Assembly (NCBI GenBank): GCA_951406725.2
Contig: OX597833.1
Span: forward strand, 35,588,001 to 35,652,000
Length of the DNA: 64,000 nucleotides
Direction of reading: 5' to 3'
From: Octopus vulgaris
Lineage: Eukaryota
The position numbers were made by a program, and so were the translations under genes. This document shows positions 41,565-56,980 of the stretch, in pieces. The notes under the pieces are model-generated. The model made no database searches, was not told the DNA's origin, and saw only the letters and a program-made list of their open reading frames with translations. Each line of letters opens with the position of its first letter. Within the stretch, counting starts at the first letter, position 1.

Positions 41565-43012
41565 TGTATCTATATTTATATTCATATATATAAGTGTATA
41601 TCTGACCTTAGTATGCAGCAAAATAATGGAAAGATATGTCGTATACAAAAGGCTATTGAGAACAAGTTGAGTTAAGTTTTGCAGCAGAAGCCTCAGTCTT
41701 TGCATTACTAATATCACCAGTGATACATACATGCAACGATATGATGTACATGGGTCTTGCGTATTAAACATAGTCATAATAAACATAAGTATTAGTTGGT
41801 CTAAAGTGCTCAGTTATAATTTAGGAGACACACTTTGTGTATGACTTGATAGCTCAAAAGTCGTTGCGCCTGTCTATTTAGTCCCTTTGAGTTTTAATTT
41901 GTAACTTCATAATTTAATTCATAATCAAAAACGAAGATATTTATAAAATAGGCAGGCGAAGGAAAAGATCACTCCAGATATACTATACAACGATTAAGTG
42001 ACTGTATCTCCGCTTAATGTTTCTTAGGTTAAGTGATATTTTCTTTTAATCGCTTAGCTTCGGAGGTCTTCTACCATTTTAAGAGTTGTCTGTCATCGAG
42101 CATCTTAAATGGCACAAGTGAGAAACAAGCATAAGGCATCAACAAATTTTGTTTTTGCATTTCACATATAGTTTCTTGACTTTTCAGTTTGTTATTTATT
42201 TTTTCTTTTCCTTGCGTTATTTCACGTTATTTTTGGAGGAGCATTTTATACTGGGTGGGGTGAAAATCCAACAAAAGAAGAAAGTATTTTAATGAATGCA
42301 ACTGCAAGAAATAATTGTTGCAGTTATATATATAGCTAAAAGTTGCTAAAAACAAGAAAATTCATAGACTAAAAATGAGAAAATACAAAAAGAAGCAAGT
42401 GAAAATATAATATGCAGTTTAATATTCAAACGTGGGTGAGCAATGAAAGCGCAAAACAAAAGAATGAACAGTATCTAGTTGGAAATTTGCAGATGAAAGA
42501 GAGTCATATAACGCAGTGAGCCAATTACCTCTCACAGAACGAATATTAAATTTAAACCGTAATAATATGCAAACATCGCCGCCGTAAAATAAACATTGCC
42601 AAGAAACACAGAGAGAAATTACTTTTTTGTTTCAGCCAAACTACATAGAAATGCACAAAATTATAATTCTGTGCGCACATTATTCATACTACATGGCCAA
42701 TAAATGTTGTGAAAATGTAACTTTGCATACGTAATAGCTACATATTCCTTGAATGAATGTATGACAAATATATATGTATGCTTAATATTTCACACTCATA
42801 AGCATCCACAAATATATATTAACATAAGTAGTTTAAGATCTATACAACAATGTGTAAAGGAAGACAGGGATTTAGCAGAAGCTGTAGTATGAATAAAGGC
42901 GGGTCATGTTTTGATCGAAGTACCTTCCGGTTGTGTATAAATAAATATGTGTAATCATATGATTTTGATTTTTCCAGTTTCAGCTAATGAGCTGTGGCCA
43001 TGCTGGGGCACC

Positions 43013-43084
<72 letters not shown>

Positions 43085-43319
43085 CAGTTGGACATCTCCA
43101 TACATGTGCATTTATGCATTATGTTTGTTTACTTTATAATACGAGAGCATTGCTCGACTCATTTTGCAAAGTGAATGCAAGCAGTTAATGTAGTGAATGA
43201 ACCAAGAAATATGATGCTATTGATAAAAGATTGTAGATCTGGTTAACATGTGTTTATATAAATACGAAACATGTTTGTATTTGCTCGTTGTATGTCTTTT
43301 CGTAGTGGGATGGTTGGTG

Positions 43320-43612
43320 AAGAGGAAGAATTAAAAGCAATATATGTCAAAGGCTAGAAGAGCCACTCACAAAGAAGTCGATGACCAATCATACGCGAAG
43401 AAGAGACACGAGCCATAAGGTTAACTGTCTATTGAACACATACATTACTATATTGCGCCCCTATACCAAGCCATGTCGAGTCAGTATGACAGAGTAGGCG
43501 CATCAAACTAGTATGATCTCGAGCTCAAATGCACGACCCCCCACACTGGACCGTGGTTAGTGGAGAGAACATGCGGAGGCATTCGACCTGCAGTGGACTG
43601 AACATAGGCAAC
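43320..43612 (+). mobile_element. RTE LINE 3' end
   Basis: GAGGCATTCGACCTGCAGTGGACTGAACATAGGC resembles the RTE 3' terminus. An RRRD peptide lies upstream. Confidence 0.55.
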
Positions 43613-43760
43613 CCAATCCACACACACACACGCAAAAATACACACACACATATATATATATGTATGTATGTTTGTATATATATATATATGCAAACACACA
43701 CACGCACACATATAAAAACACACACACACACATAAAAACACACACACACACACACACAGA

Positions 43761-44026
43761 TACCAAGTCTGATCGAAAAGTATCGGAAGTGGTGCTATAG
43801 AACGAAAAAAACTTATTCATTTAGTATTAAATCTCCTTCGAAGTAGTTCCCTTCTGAATCTACACACTATAACCAGCATAGTTTCTATTGATGGAACTCC
43901 TTTTGGAATAGCGAATAGCTGCCTTGTTGCATTCGCTTGAATTTCTTCGACGTCTTGAGATATTTGTATCTTTCAAGTAAGATTTCATTTTCTGAAAGAA
44001 TCTTGGCCGTAATAACCTTCAACGCC

Positions 44027-44099
<73 letters not shown>

Positions 44100-44316
44100 A
44101 TACACACACGCACACATTTTTTTCTGCCATGGTCACCGATGGAACATGTGTAGTGTCGTGAGAAGACCACACTCTACACACATTATTTCAAGGCAGCATT
44201 TTAAGCAACAGAACTGTACACGACCGTTGTAACTTATTGTGCATGCGTGACAGTGCTCAAGATCAACCTGTGCCAAGCGGCTTCACTCTGCGTACTTTGT
44301 TGGATCAGGCCTCGTA
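43761..44316 (-). mobile_element. Internally deleted mariner transposon
   Basis: Imperfect TIRs TACCAAGTCTGATCGAAAAGTA and TACTTTGTTGGATCAGGCCTCGTA with TA ends. Minus-strand CVDSEGNYFEGD is a mariner C-terminus. Contains a (CT)n array. Confidence 0.8.
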
Positions 44317-44634
44317 CATATGTGTGTGTATGTCTTGGTTAGAAAGGTTGGACTTGACTGGAAGAGAAGGTATCAAAGCACAAATGCAATATCGTTATAA
44401 TACTCTTCACCATACTTTCAATACATTGAATGCTAACATTGGCAAAAGGCTGAAAATTATACAAGACAATACTGTCGAATGAATTTACTGGTTCTTATTT
44501 TTCCAGAATGGTGAAGGTTAGATTTTTCTTTCGCAAGATTTGAAATCGGGTCCGAACACAATGGGGTATAGTTTAATAAAACAATGAATTTATTTAGTCA
44601 TCACTATCATTTTTAATATTGTGACAAGTAATGA

Positions 44635-44838
44635 GGACGTGAGCTAGCAGAAATGTTAGTACGCCGGGGAAAATACTTAGAAGCATTTCGTCCCTTTTTA
44701 CGTTCTGAGTTCAAATTCCGCTGAGGTCGATTTTGCCGTTCATCCATTCGATGTCGATAAAATAAGTACCAGTTAGTCGATGTAATCAATTACTTCACTC
44801 CTCTGAAATTGCTGGCCTTGTGCCAAAATTTTAAACCA
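44635..44838 (+). mobile_element. SINE family B
   Basis: Head, B box, core and tail all present. Confidence 0.85.
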
Positions 44839-45242
44839 ATATTATGACAGACAATGTTTGTTAGAAGCTATATTTCATGGAGTCACCTCATCTATCAAGT
44901 TTTACAAATATATCGTCTAACCTCATATGAAGTTTTTGTATATTTCAAAAATATTACACCGGGATATTAAGAATTTCGTGGGCTCAGTTTTATAATAATT
45001 CAATCTCATTGACAAATGAAGAGAGAATGGATGAAGTTTGGTGGCTTGGATCATTGGCTTACAAAACCGAGTTAATTTTAGTCGATATGACAAACTGTTA
45101 ATAATAGACCAGCTTTCAGTTCTGAGTCAGATATATTTCTCTTTTAATCTAATTAAAGCACTGGATATAAATACCGGCTTTATAGATTCTTCGGATTCGA
45201 TAAGAATTAAAATAAAGATAGCTTAACAATGCTAATAGTCTC

Positions 45243-45450
45243 AAGTTCTGTTACAAGGCCAGCAAGTTTGGGGGTAGGGTAAGTCAATTCCATCAACTTC
45301 AGTACTCGACTGGTAATTATTTTATTGACCCCAAAAGGACGAATGGCTAACTCGACTTCGGCGGAATTTAAACTTAGAACATATTGACAGACGAAATACC
45401 GCTAAGCATTTTGTCCGACGTTACTAATCGTTCTGCCAGCCCACCGCCTT
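45243..45450 (-). mobile_element. SINE family B
   Basis: Reverse complement of the family consensus, ending CCACCGCCTT. Confidence 0.8.
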
Positions 45451-45542
<92 letters not shown>

Positions 45543-45544
<2 letters not shown>

Positions 45545-46163
45545 GACTTGCCCCATGATAAAAACTGGTGGGAACACAAAGCACCTCCAGTGCTTGAAAA
45601 TGATCACATCTCACTCCTCTGGAACTTCACCATTCAAACTGACAGAAAGATGCAAATAGGCCAGACATCATATTGAAAGACTTCAGACAAAAATCATGCC
45701 TCCTCATTCATATGACTGTCCCAATCGATATAAATGTATCTGTCAAGACCTACCAAAAAGTAGGCAAGTATAAAGATCTTGAAATAGAAATTAGCAAACT
45801 GCGGAACCTTTAGACTAAAACAATACCTGTTGTCATAGGTGCTCTGGGAATGATAGCAAAATGGGCTGATTGCTACCTAGCTCAGATACCAGGAAACCCC
45901 AACATGGCAGAAATTCAAAAGATAGTGCTCATGGGAACTGCTCATATCCTACGTAACATACTATCTATGTAATCTCAAATTTGAAAACAAACTCATAATT
46001 TTCTTGTTTTCTTAATCTTTCTCTAGAACACTACTATGTGCAAAACCAAATATATGACACCCTAGACATAACACTGACATGAACTTCTAACTTGTTGTTT
46101 CTTGAGGTCTCTGGGTGAGACTTGGAGTCAACTTGTACAAACACAAAGCAAAAGTCAATCATA
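45543..46163 (+). mobile_element. R4/Dong-type LINE 3' end (restriction-like endonuclease plus 3' UTR)
   Basis: WWEHK..LEND..LLW, NRPDI, KYKDLEIEI, IPVVIGALG and QKIVLMGTAHILR. (AAT)n on both sides. Confidence 0.85.
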
Positions 46164-46174
46164 TAATAATAATG

Positions 46175-46240
<66 letters not shown>

Positions 46241-46261
46241 GTAATAATAATAATGATAATA

Positions 46262-46721
46262 AGGCACACTCCAGAAATCGAGAAAGCAGCCATACCCTGG
46301 GATATGCCAATACACACAGATAGAGAAATTAATTCCAGTAGGCCGGATATAGATGTCAGAGATCACCAAAAATAAATATGTTTTCTAATCGATGTATCAA
46401 TACCAACAGATGATAACATTTCTCTAAAAGAAACGGAGAAACTTTCAAAATACAAAGATCTGGCAGTAGAGGTAACTCGAATGTTGAGCCTAAAAACAGA
46501 AACAATTCCTATCGTAGGCACATTAGGTATGGTAAAAAAAAACATTCAGACAAATACATAACAAAAACACCAGGACTTACAAGTATATATATTACAATCA
46601 GAAAATAGTACTAATAGGCATCGCACACATCCTGTGTAAAATACTTTCAATACAGTGAAAATAAGGCACACAGAGCTGCGCTCGGTAGTGCCAGTGAAAG
46701 CACTAGATAAAAATAAGACTA

Positions 46722-46724
<3 letters not shown>
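46262..46724 (+). mobile_element. R4/Dong-type LINE 3' end, second family
   Basis: WDMPIHTDREI..RPDI and LIDVSIP..KYKDL. The 3' UTR ends ACTACTG followed by (AAT)n. Confidence 0.85.
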
Positions 46725-46810
<86 letters not shown>

Positions 46811-46823
46811 TAACAATAATAAT

Positions 46824-46899
<76 letters not shown>

Positions 46900-46916
46900 T
46901 TAGTAATAATAATAAT

Positions 46917-47272
46917 ATCAATAGCGGCTGATGACAACGTGTCTCTAAAAGAAATGGAGAAACACTCAAAATACATAGACCTGGAAATAGAGGTAACCAG
47001 AATGTGGAATCTAAAAACAGAAACAATTCCTATCATAGTAGGTGCATTAGGCATGATAAAAAAATATTCAGACAAATACATGACAAAAACACCAGGACTT
47101 ACAAAAACATATAACATACAGAAAATTGCATTACTAGGCACTGCACACATCCTACGCAGAACACTTTCCATAAAATAACCATCAGAGCATCACAACAAAT
47201 CACAGCACATACCCAAGGCACACAGAGCTGCGCTCGGTAGTGAAGTGAAAGCACGCTATAAAAATAAAACTA

Positions 47273-47276
<4 letters not shown>
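46917..47276 (+). mobile_element. R4/Dong-type LINE 3' end, second family
   Basis: KYIDLEIEVTRMWNLKTETIPIIVGALG...QKIALLGTAHILR. Same 3' UTR as the previous copy. Confidence 0.9.
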
Positions 47277-48403
<1,127 letters not shown>

Positions 48404-48419
48404 TAGAGCCTATGGAACT

Positions 48420-49074
48420 TGGAACGAGACAGTAGCACACACTGCGATAAAATGCTCCAAGTTGGCACAGGAAGAGTTTAAGAAACGGAGACACAGCCAA
48501 GTTATAATAGTTTTACACTGTAAACTTTGTCAGAAATGGGAATTTGAAGCTAGAAACACATGTTACTATCATCAGGTCGAAAGAGTTTTGGAGTCGGAGA
48601 AATGTAAGATTTTGTGGGACCTCCCTATTCAAACGGACAAGAAGTTAGAAAATAATAGACCAGACATAATTATCGGTAAGGAAAAGCGAAGTTGCTCACT
48701 AATTATGCCCGTTTGATTCCAGGATCGAAAAGAAAGAGGACGAAACACACACATACGTACGCGCGCACACATATGCAAGTACACACACGCACGTACACAC
48801 ACATACACACATACACAGAAGAATACAATCCTTTAAAATTTGAAGCAGGAAGAATTTGGAGTATGAGAACTATCAAGATCGTACCTATAAAAGTTGGTGC
48901 TTTGGGAACAATTAACCAAGATATAGAAGGCCGAAGGAGTTTCGAATATAATGCCCTATAGAGCTCCTAGAAAAGGAAGCACTTGAAAGACTGCTGTAAA
49001 TTTGTGGACACCCAAGGTGTAACCTGCTGCCACCATAAATCCTACCAGGAATAAGACCGAATCTGATGCGAACC
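48420..49074 (+). mobile_element. R4/Dong-type LINE 3' end, third family
   Basis: LAQEEFKKRRH, KILWD.PIQTDKKLENNRPDI and IVPIKVGALGT. Confidence 0.8.
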
Positions 49075-49090
49075 AATAATACTGCTGCTG

Positions 49091-49141
<51 letters not shown>

Positions 49142-49309
49142 ATAATAATAATAATAATAATTCTTTATTGACCAAAAGTCTGAACACAAAATAAAGGACA
49201 ATAAAACACAAGGCACAGTGGGTATTTAGTTATGGTGCGTGTAAAGAGTAAAAGAAATGCAACAATTAAATTCGAACAATAAAATTACCCAAAAGGAGAG
49301 AGGATCCAT

Positions 49310-50945
49310 ACTGTCTGTGTCACTTTTTGGATGGAGTATCCCATATTTAGTCAACAACTTCCTTCTCTTTCTGTCAAAGCTGTTTAGTTCGTCTACTGTC
49401 CATGCGATTATCCTTGCTCCATATCTAAGGAGTGAAACCACCCAGATGTTGATAGCTTCAATCTTATTCTGTCCGTTTAATTTCGACCTAAGCATCAGTC
49501 TCAGTCTGCGCAAGTACCCCACCTTAAATTTTTCTGTCATTTCTTTCTCCATGAATTTATCCATTTCAAATACCTCCAAGAACTTATAGCCCAACGCTTC
49601 TATCTGCTTCTTAACCTCCTCTCGACGGTATCGCTAGCCCATCCATGCATTTGATTTTGCCTCTCTTCAAGATTAATACACCACACTTTTTCAGTCTGAA
49701 CTCCATTCTGATATCAGTACTGAAAGTATACACCGTATCAACGAGGGAACAGACTTGGGATTCATTCTTATAATAAAGTTTGAAGTGATCCATGAATAAC
49801 AAGTGGCTGACTTTGTGTTGGCGGCTCATGAATACATACCCAGCCATTGCTTTCCTCAGAATCAGTGTTAATGCCATCATGCACATTACAAAGATAAGTG
49901 GGGACAGGCGGTCCCCTTGGAAGATGCCTCTCCTGATTTCAACTGTCCCTAAATTTCTTCCATATGCTGACAGTTTCGTCCTCCACTTCGCTATACTTTT
50001 TCCAGGCAATCGCTCAAATTTCAATTCAATACCACATAAGTTCATGCATTACATAATCTAAGAATGTGGGATCATGTACGCCTTACGATAATCGTTCCAT
50101 GACATGGCTAAGTTAGTTTCCCTCCTCTTGCAGTCTCTAAGTACAGTTTTGTGTACCAAGAGTTGATTCTTGTTACATCTGCACTTACGCTTGAACCCCT
50201 TCTGCTCATGTGGCAGGACTTCATCTTTTTCCAGATGTCTGTACATTGATTCTGCGACTATTCCAGTCAATAATTTCCATATAAGTTCCAAGCAGGATAT
50301 CCTACTGTCCTACCAATTGTCAACCAATCTGGTGTTACTTGGTCGGCATTTAACGGTGTTGATCTGTGCAGCTATTCTTGCATGACATTCACCAACTCCT
50401 TTGATCTAGTAGCCTTGAACTCCATCTGGTCCCGGGGCCTTCCAGTTGCCCATTATTTGCTGATTTCCTTCAATTCCCTGACTGTAATGACTAGTTCTGC
50501 CTGTTTTGGACAGACTACTGTTTGTTTCAGGTCTTGTAACCATTCAGTATCCATCTTGTGCTACTTGTCTTTGCTCCAGATGTCACTCCAAAACCTTTGC
50601 CTTTCAAAGTTATCTGGTATCAATTTTTCATCTGTACACTCTCCATTTCTTTCTTTGCAGAAACTTTTCTGATCTACTCTGAATAACCTATTCTGCTGGT
50701 ATCCCTTCATTCTTTGGTCGTATCTTACAATCTTTACTTTCTTTGCAACGAGGCACTGTTTCAGTTCCTCCATTACCACTTTCAGGCCCTTTCTTTAAAT
50801 ATTATACTCCCTGTTCAATGCTTTGTATTCTTGTTCGCTTTTAAGCTCCCACTTCTCTTTTCGGTCTAACACAGAAATGTCCTTCGAGAGCATATCTAAC
50901 CTCGCCCGTATTCTTCTTTTCACCATGGATCTTTCCTTTTGACAC
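49310..50945 (-). mobile_element. R4/Dong-type LINE RT region, frameshifted
   Basis: KAPGPDG, EQKG, DYRKAY, RRGIFQGDRLSPLIF, HLLFMD and KSKLNG-like motifs. Confidence 0.9.
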
Positions 50946-50964
50946 TCCTTTATATTTCTTTTAC

Positions 50965-51047
<83 letters not shown>

Positions 51048-51403
51048 GTGTGTATGTGTTTGTGATGGAGAACACGGTGGTCATGTTACACAGACTTCTA
51101 GTTAAAGAACTGATGCCTGCTTGTTGAGTGTGAGCTATTTAACAATAACGGCAACAAAGGATTAAATGGTTCCTCTGGAGAGCTTTTCCAGCTATTGAAT
51201 GATAAAAGATGCTGACACCTGCTGGTTTCTTGAGTGACGAGGTGTTACATAGATGCATTATAAATGAAAATAGTTAGCAACTTTGACAATTCTTTCCGAA
51301 TTGTTAAATGATAATGGTAATCTGTTTAGAGTTTAATTTCTTTAAAGAATTTTACGCTTCTATACATACAAATGTTACAGTGTATGTAATGATGGCGGTG
51401 GTG

Positions 51404-51404
51404 G

Positions 51405-51436
<32 letters not shown>

Positions 51437-51502
51437 TTAGTGAAGATGCTGCTGCTGCTGATGATGATGATGGTGATGTTGATGATAATGATGATGATGA
51501 TG

Positions 51503-51567
<65 letters not shown>

Positions 51568-51676
51568 AAGAAGAAGAAGAAGAAGAAGAAGAAGAAGAAG
51601 AAGAAGAAGAAGAAGAAGAAGAAGAAGAAGAAGAAGAAGAAGAAGAAGAAGAAGAAGAAGAAGAAGAAGAAGAAGA
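51404..51676. repeat. Compound (GAT)n-(AAT)n-(AAG)n array
   Basis: Direct reading. Confidence 0.97.
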
Positions 51677-51689
51677 ATCCTTTCTACTA

Positions 51690-51890
51690 TAGTCACAAGA
51701 CCTGAAATTTGAGGCGGGTCTAGTCGATTACATTGACCCCAGTATTTAACTGGTATTTATATTATTGACCCCCAAGGGATGAACGGTAAAGTCGAGCCCG
51801 GCAGCAATTGAACACAAAGCGCGAATAGAGACGAAATATCGCTAAGCATTTCGCCCGACGTGTCAACTGTTCTGTCAGCTCACCGCCTTA
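51690..51890 (-). mobile_element. SINE family B
   Basis: Reverse complement, ending GCTCACCGCCTT. Confidence 0.8.
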
Positions 51891-52134
51891 ATAATAATCG
51901 CCTAATGCACAAAACCTGAAGCCAAGTGTGGCGAACTGACTCAATGATACTGTGCCGTACTAAATGCTTTGCAGCATTTCTTCTGGGTTTAATTTCTGAT
52001 TTTAAACGCAACCGAGGTCATTGTCTTTCACCTTTTTGGGCTCGATAACATAAATACCAGCTGAAGACTGTCGTTGATGTCATCGAAAAAGTTTCAATCT
52101 TTGAGTCAGTAGAAAGAATTATTATTGTTATTAA

Positions 52135-52358
52135 GACGTTGAACTGACAGAATGGTTGGTGTGTCGGACAAAATGCGTAGCGGTATTTCTTCCGGCTCTT
52201 CACGTTCTGAGTTTCAATACCGCCGAGGTTAACTTGCCTTCTTTCCATTCTGGTTCAATAAAATAAAATACCAGTGAAGTACTTGGGTCGATATAACCGA
52301 TCACCCCACCACTGCCACCAGCACCACTAAAATTGCAAGCCTTGTGCCATTTTGAAGC
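52135..52358 (+). mobile_element. SINE family B
   Basis: CACGTTCTGAGTTTCAATACCGCCGAGG core. Confidence 0.75.
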
Positions 52359-52449
52359 AATTATTATTCTTATACGTCATTACACAGAATGTTTTTCTTT
52401 ATTCATGTTAACTGTCAAACCTTAATAAAACGCCTTAGACTGAAAGCAA

Positions 52450-54030
52450 ATTTCCTGTAGGAATTGCTGCAGCAATTATGAGGCATCATCATTTTTATGT
52501 CATGTATAACATTATCTGACCTTCTGTGTACAATTTTTGTTTGTCTGGATGTCAAAATCCGATAGAAGTTTTGGTGTACCAGGTTAAGAGCAATTTCTGG
52601 TACATGATAGTTTCAAATGTCTGAAATGTATCCATATTCTTTACTACAAAGTGGCTTGTGTAAATTGAGATAAATCTTATCATCAGTTCGCTTGTATTTT
52701 TTGTGAGCCAACGTTTTGCTGCCTTCCATTTCTGTTGCAGTATGATGTTTAAGTAGTTTTTCTTCACAAATTGCATGTAGTGTATTACTGAACTTTGTTC
52801 TTCCTTCTTACAACCAGAATTGTTAATCAATCCTCTCCTATCAATCTTCATGTATAAATGGCTGATATTTCCATTTGGGTGAAACACTCCATGTATAGTC
52901 AGGGTTTTTCTCCTTTTTTCCTATCTAATACTTCAATTCCCATTTTAGTCCAATTCACTATTCTAGCACCATAACACACAACAGCAATTTTGCATATATT
53001 GGTTGCATTTAACAGATGCCTAGAATTAAGTTCAGGCTTTAATATCTTTGGGTTTCTTTTTCATTCTCATTTCCTTATGCATAATATCATCAAATTCCTG
53101 TATATCTTGATACTGGTATCCATTGTCATAAGGTTCTAAAATATGTCTTTTGATTAGTTTATTCCGTTTAAACAGGTTCTTGTCCTTCTCTCTATGACCA
53201 ACTATTTTGATATACTTCACTCCTTTCCAATATCATTGCAACACACTTTTACTGTTTAAATAAATGACTTGATCTCACTCTTCAGACTTTGCAAAAAGCT
53301 TTCAGTCATGCATGTGTTAGCTATTTTAGAGAGGCTGTTCTTTCTAGTGTGACTTTTCCAAGTGTCATTCAGATTAACACAATAACAAATAACAAGGAGA
53401 GCAAACATTACTCTGGAAGATATTTCTTTTAACGGCTTCATTTCAGACTAATTTTTTGTCCACCAAGATCATTTGTTAGTACATCTTACTACCGCTAAAA
53501 ATGTTCTGGAGTTTTTTCAGCTGAGTCAAATAGACTAAGTGACTCTGTCATCCAATACCAGAGCACCAAAATCCCCATACCATGCCCAGATACATCTATC
53601 GTCACTTGCAGTTCTTCATTACCATTTAGTCAATAATCAAGTGGCCTTTTATTTTCAATGTTTTCTACACCCTTCTGTTTAATCGGCAGTAATTTGATCT
53701 GCATCAAATGGTTGTATTTTTCGAAAAAAATGCAAGGACGCAGACGGTTGTCCTCCAATTTCTTACTACTTTTCCCTTTTTTGAATCTTTCATTATTAAA
53801 GCATTCTTCCCTCAGCAATCCCTTCTAACACGGTTTCTTGGTTAGACATTCTTTCAAACAGAAGCCTTGTATCCCATCTGGTCCTAGAGATGTCTCATTT
53901 AGTAGTATCTTTACCTGCGGCAGGATATTTTCCTTAGTTATAGAAATAAGTTCTTGTTTCTCTGTCCTTTCAGAGTTTGCTTTGACCGGTTAATTCCATT
54001 CTTTGTTTTCATCATACGTAATCAGGCGTC
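52450..54030 (-). mobile_element. Degraded R4/Dong-type LINE RT region
   Basis: LGPDGIQGF and GVFHPNGNISHLY..RRGLI. Many stops. Confidence 0.7.
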
Positions 54031-54445
54031 CAAGATATAAATTGCTTTCCCCGCCGTTGTTAATATTTCTATTTCAATTTCTTCTATTTCAATAAATCAA
54101 AGAAATTTTACTGTTATGCTTACGAAATATTTATTCATACCAGTGTAACATTATTATTAACTCCTGCCTGATTCAGTTATTAAGATTCGACTCTGAAGAT
54201 AGAGCACTTTTAAGATTACAAATTTTTATATATAGAAAGAAAATAGTTGAGTTTTCTCAAATTTTCTCTATAGATTCCGACTGTTGCTTTAAAAATGGTA
54301 TGTGTCAGTGTGTATGCATAATTTTATTATACAAATACATGAGTAGCATGGCTCCATGCATATCTATTTAACTGCAGATACTTTGAATTCTTTCTACCAG
54401 GTATCTTTTCAAAGCCATTTTTATACATAAAACATGCACATACGC

Positions 54446-54476
<31 letters not shown>

Positions 54477-54620
54477 TGTATGTATGTATGTATGTATGTA
54501 TGTATGTATGGATGGATGGATGGATACATGTATGCATGTATGTATGTATGTATATATGTATGTATGTATGTACGTATGTATGTATGTATTTATGTATGCA
54601 TGAATGAATGTATGTACATT

Positions 54621-54689
<69 letters not shown>

Positions 54690-56440
54690 AAATCTAGTTA
54701 TAAATGAAGATAACGTATTGAAATGTTTTTATAAGCAGACAGCAAACTATCAGCACTTTGATATATTAATCTCTGGCTATCTGCATTTTTTGTGCGTCTC
54801 TTGTGCTTTGTGGTATAAAACATAGCAATTGCTCTTTGTTCTGGATGCAAGGTAAACCAGAACTAAAGTGTTGTGCTTGTATGGCCAACACAACAGTTGG
54901 GGTCACTTGCAATCAAATTATATATTACACATTAATCATCCGTAGTTTGTTCCTGGCTTTAGATACTTGTAGTTTTATTGTGTTTTATTTTTTAACATTT
55001 AGCGTTTTCAAGTATATTACTAGCAGTTGTCTATGATTTGGCATAGTGTGTTTTGTGTTGTCTTATTAGGTTTATGATAATGTGTCTGTCTATTCTATAG
55101 TTAGTAGTAATTTATTTAATATAATACACTTACATGTGCTATTTGTGAAAATTTAATACGCCTAACGTCTGATATGCTTGTTGCATTGTATTTCTGCCTA
55201 TTGTTCTATGACTGTGTATATTTGTTTGTATGAACACCCGTTGTTGACTAGAGTTTTTTTTTTTCGGTGAGATTTTTTCATCTAGTGCTTCATTTGTAGA
55301 AGAGAGTTTAAATTATCTTCTAAGTAGAGATTATGTTACTGTCATTTTGTATGTGTGGACATTGGCTGTCTCCAAGTAAGTATTTATATGTGTGTTTTGT
55401 ATACATGCATGTGAGGTATCAGTTACTTTCTTTCTGATTGTTTATATAATTACGTCTAAAAATGGAGTCATTGTATTCCTAAGACTTTTATTTATACTGT
55501 TGAATTTTAGAACAGAGTCGTTTTCTGTTCAAGTTTTATTTCTCAAAATCTTCAGCTGTGTCCAGTGACATTGAATATATCGTCTATATACTGAGTATAA
55601 ATTATACAATTATTTCTTAGTACCACTTTGCTTTTATTGTGGCTACATAGAGTATCATGTGTGGAGGCACATGGCCTAGTGGTTAGAGCAGCGGACTCGT
55701 GGTCGAGGAATTGCGGGTTCGAATCTCAGACCGGGCGATGTGTGTATTTATGAGCGAAATACCTAAGCTCTTTCGCCACAACATTCTCTCACTCTTTCCT
55801 CCTGCATCTAGCAGCTCATCTGCGACAGACCGGCGTCACGTCCAGGTGGGGAACCTATACGCCAAGGAAACCGGAATACTGGCCCTTATGGGCCAGGCGT
55901 AGCTCAAGAAGGAACAAACAACATAGAGTATCGTATACGTAGGCCCTAAAAAAGAAGTCATTCTTCTGCTTATATTATTTGCCTCGTGGATAGCGGAAGA
56001 GTACTTCTATTCTACAAGTAATTAATGTTTTGTTCGATATATTAACCGGGGCGTTTGTACACAAATTAATATGATTTACCTGGTTCCTTCCAATGGAACT
56101 TCCTTCTGCTTCGTTCATTTTCTTCCAAGATCTCTCACCAACCATTCGCACGAACATTTACTGCATCATTCCAGTGAATATTGTTTGATAGCGTTTGTTG
56201 TGTACTAGTGTACCTACTAAGTTATAATAAGTATGAAAGTATTTTGTTTGTGTATTTATACGCTTCCATAGATATGTACACGATAAAATACTCCTTCAAT
56301 GCAGAGAAAATGAGTGGGTGGAGCTCTTTTTGGTGCCCTTTGTCGTCGTAAATAGTTCAAGGGAGTTGTTACTTTTTTCTTTAGTTTGGTGGGATTATCT
56401 TTCTGAATCGTTCACAGTTTATTTTAAAGATTGAGTAAAT
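54690..56440 (-). mobile_element. Degraded Penelope-like element (RT plus GIY-YIG)
   Basis: IYGSV.IHK, LCTNAPV, YIDDIF, PFLDV, LVNNG and VGHTSTTL occur in PLE order. Interrupted by a SINE C. Confidence 0.7.
55657..55920 (+). mobile_element. SINE family C with 12-bp TSD, inserted in a Penelope-like element
   Basis: ACATAGAGTATC at 55645-55656 and 55921-55932. Confidence 0.9.
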
Positions 56441-56469
56441 TGTAATGTTTGCAAAATATATATATTTTG

Positions 56470-56801
56470 AAATCACGAACGAAAACGCTCTATTGTACCA
56501 CTCTGATATTTAGAGGTCCTCAGTTATTTAACTGCTTGCCTAAAGAAATCGGAAATATAAAAGGAATGTCTAGAGAAACATTAAAAAGAATATTGGGCAA
56601 ACTCCTGACGACGATATCGGACCAGCCAAGCAATCAACGATACACTCACAGAAGATCAGCTGCTACAAACTCAAATCATAGACCAACTTCCTACCATATT
56701 TGTTGCCATAAAGTTGCAACAAAATCGATAGAAAATAAGTTAAGGCGGTGCTCCAGCGTGGCCACAATCCTACGACTCAAATCATTAAAGAATAAAAGAA
56801 T
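56470..56801 (+). mobile_element. 3' end of a CR1/L2-group LINE whose tail matches SINE A
   Basis: FRGPQLFNCLPKEI...SDQP...RSAATNS, then GGCGGTGCTCCAGCGTGGCCACA...AAAGAATAAAAG. Confidence 0.75.
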
Positions 56802-56980
56802 CTCTATCAACGACTAGGAATACTCTTATATATTACGATGAAGTTGTTACTTTTTTTTAATAATGCAGAGCTTGCTTAAGTTTCATAATGAGTATTTGTC
56901 GTTTGTTATCTTCGAGCTTATTCTTTTCACAGTAACCGCGGAGTAGATCTTGAAATTTATCGTCAATATTTATAGAGATT

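Noticed and set aside
55657-55735. tRNA-like sequences with A/B boxes
   Set aside because: They continue into SINE bodies, here with a TSD. These are SINE heads, not tRNA genes.
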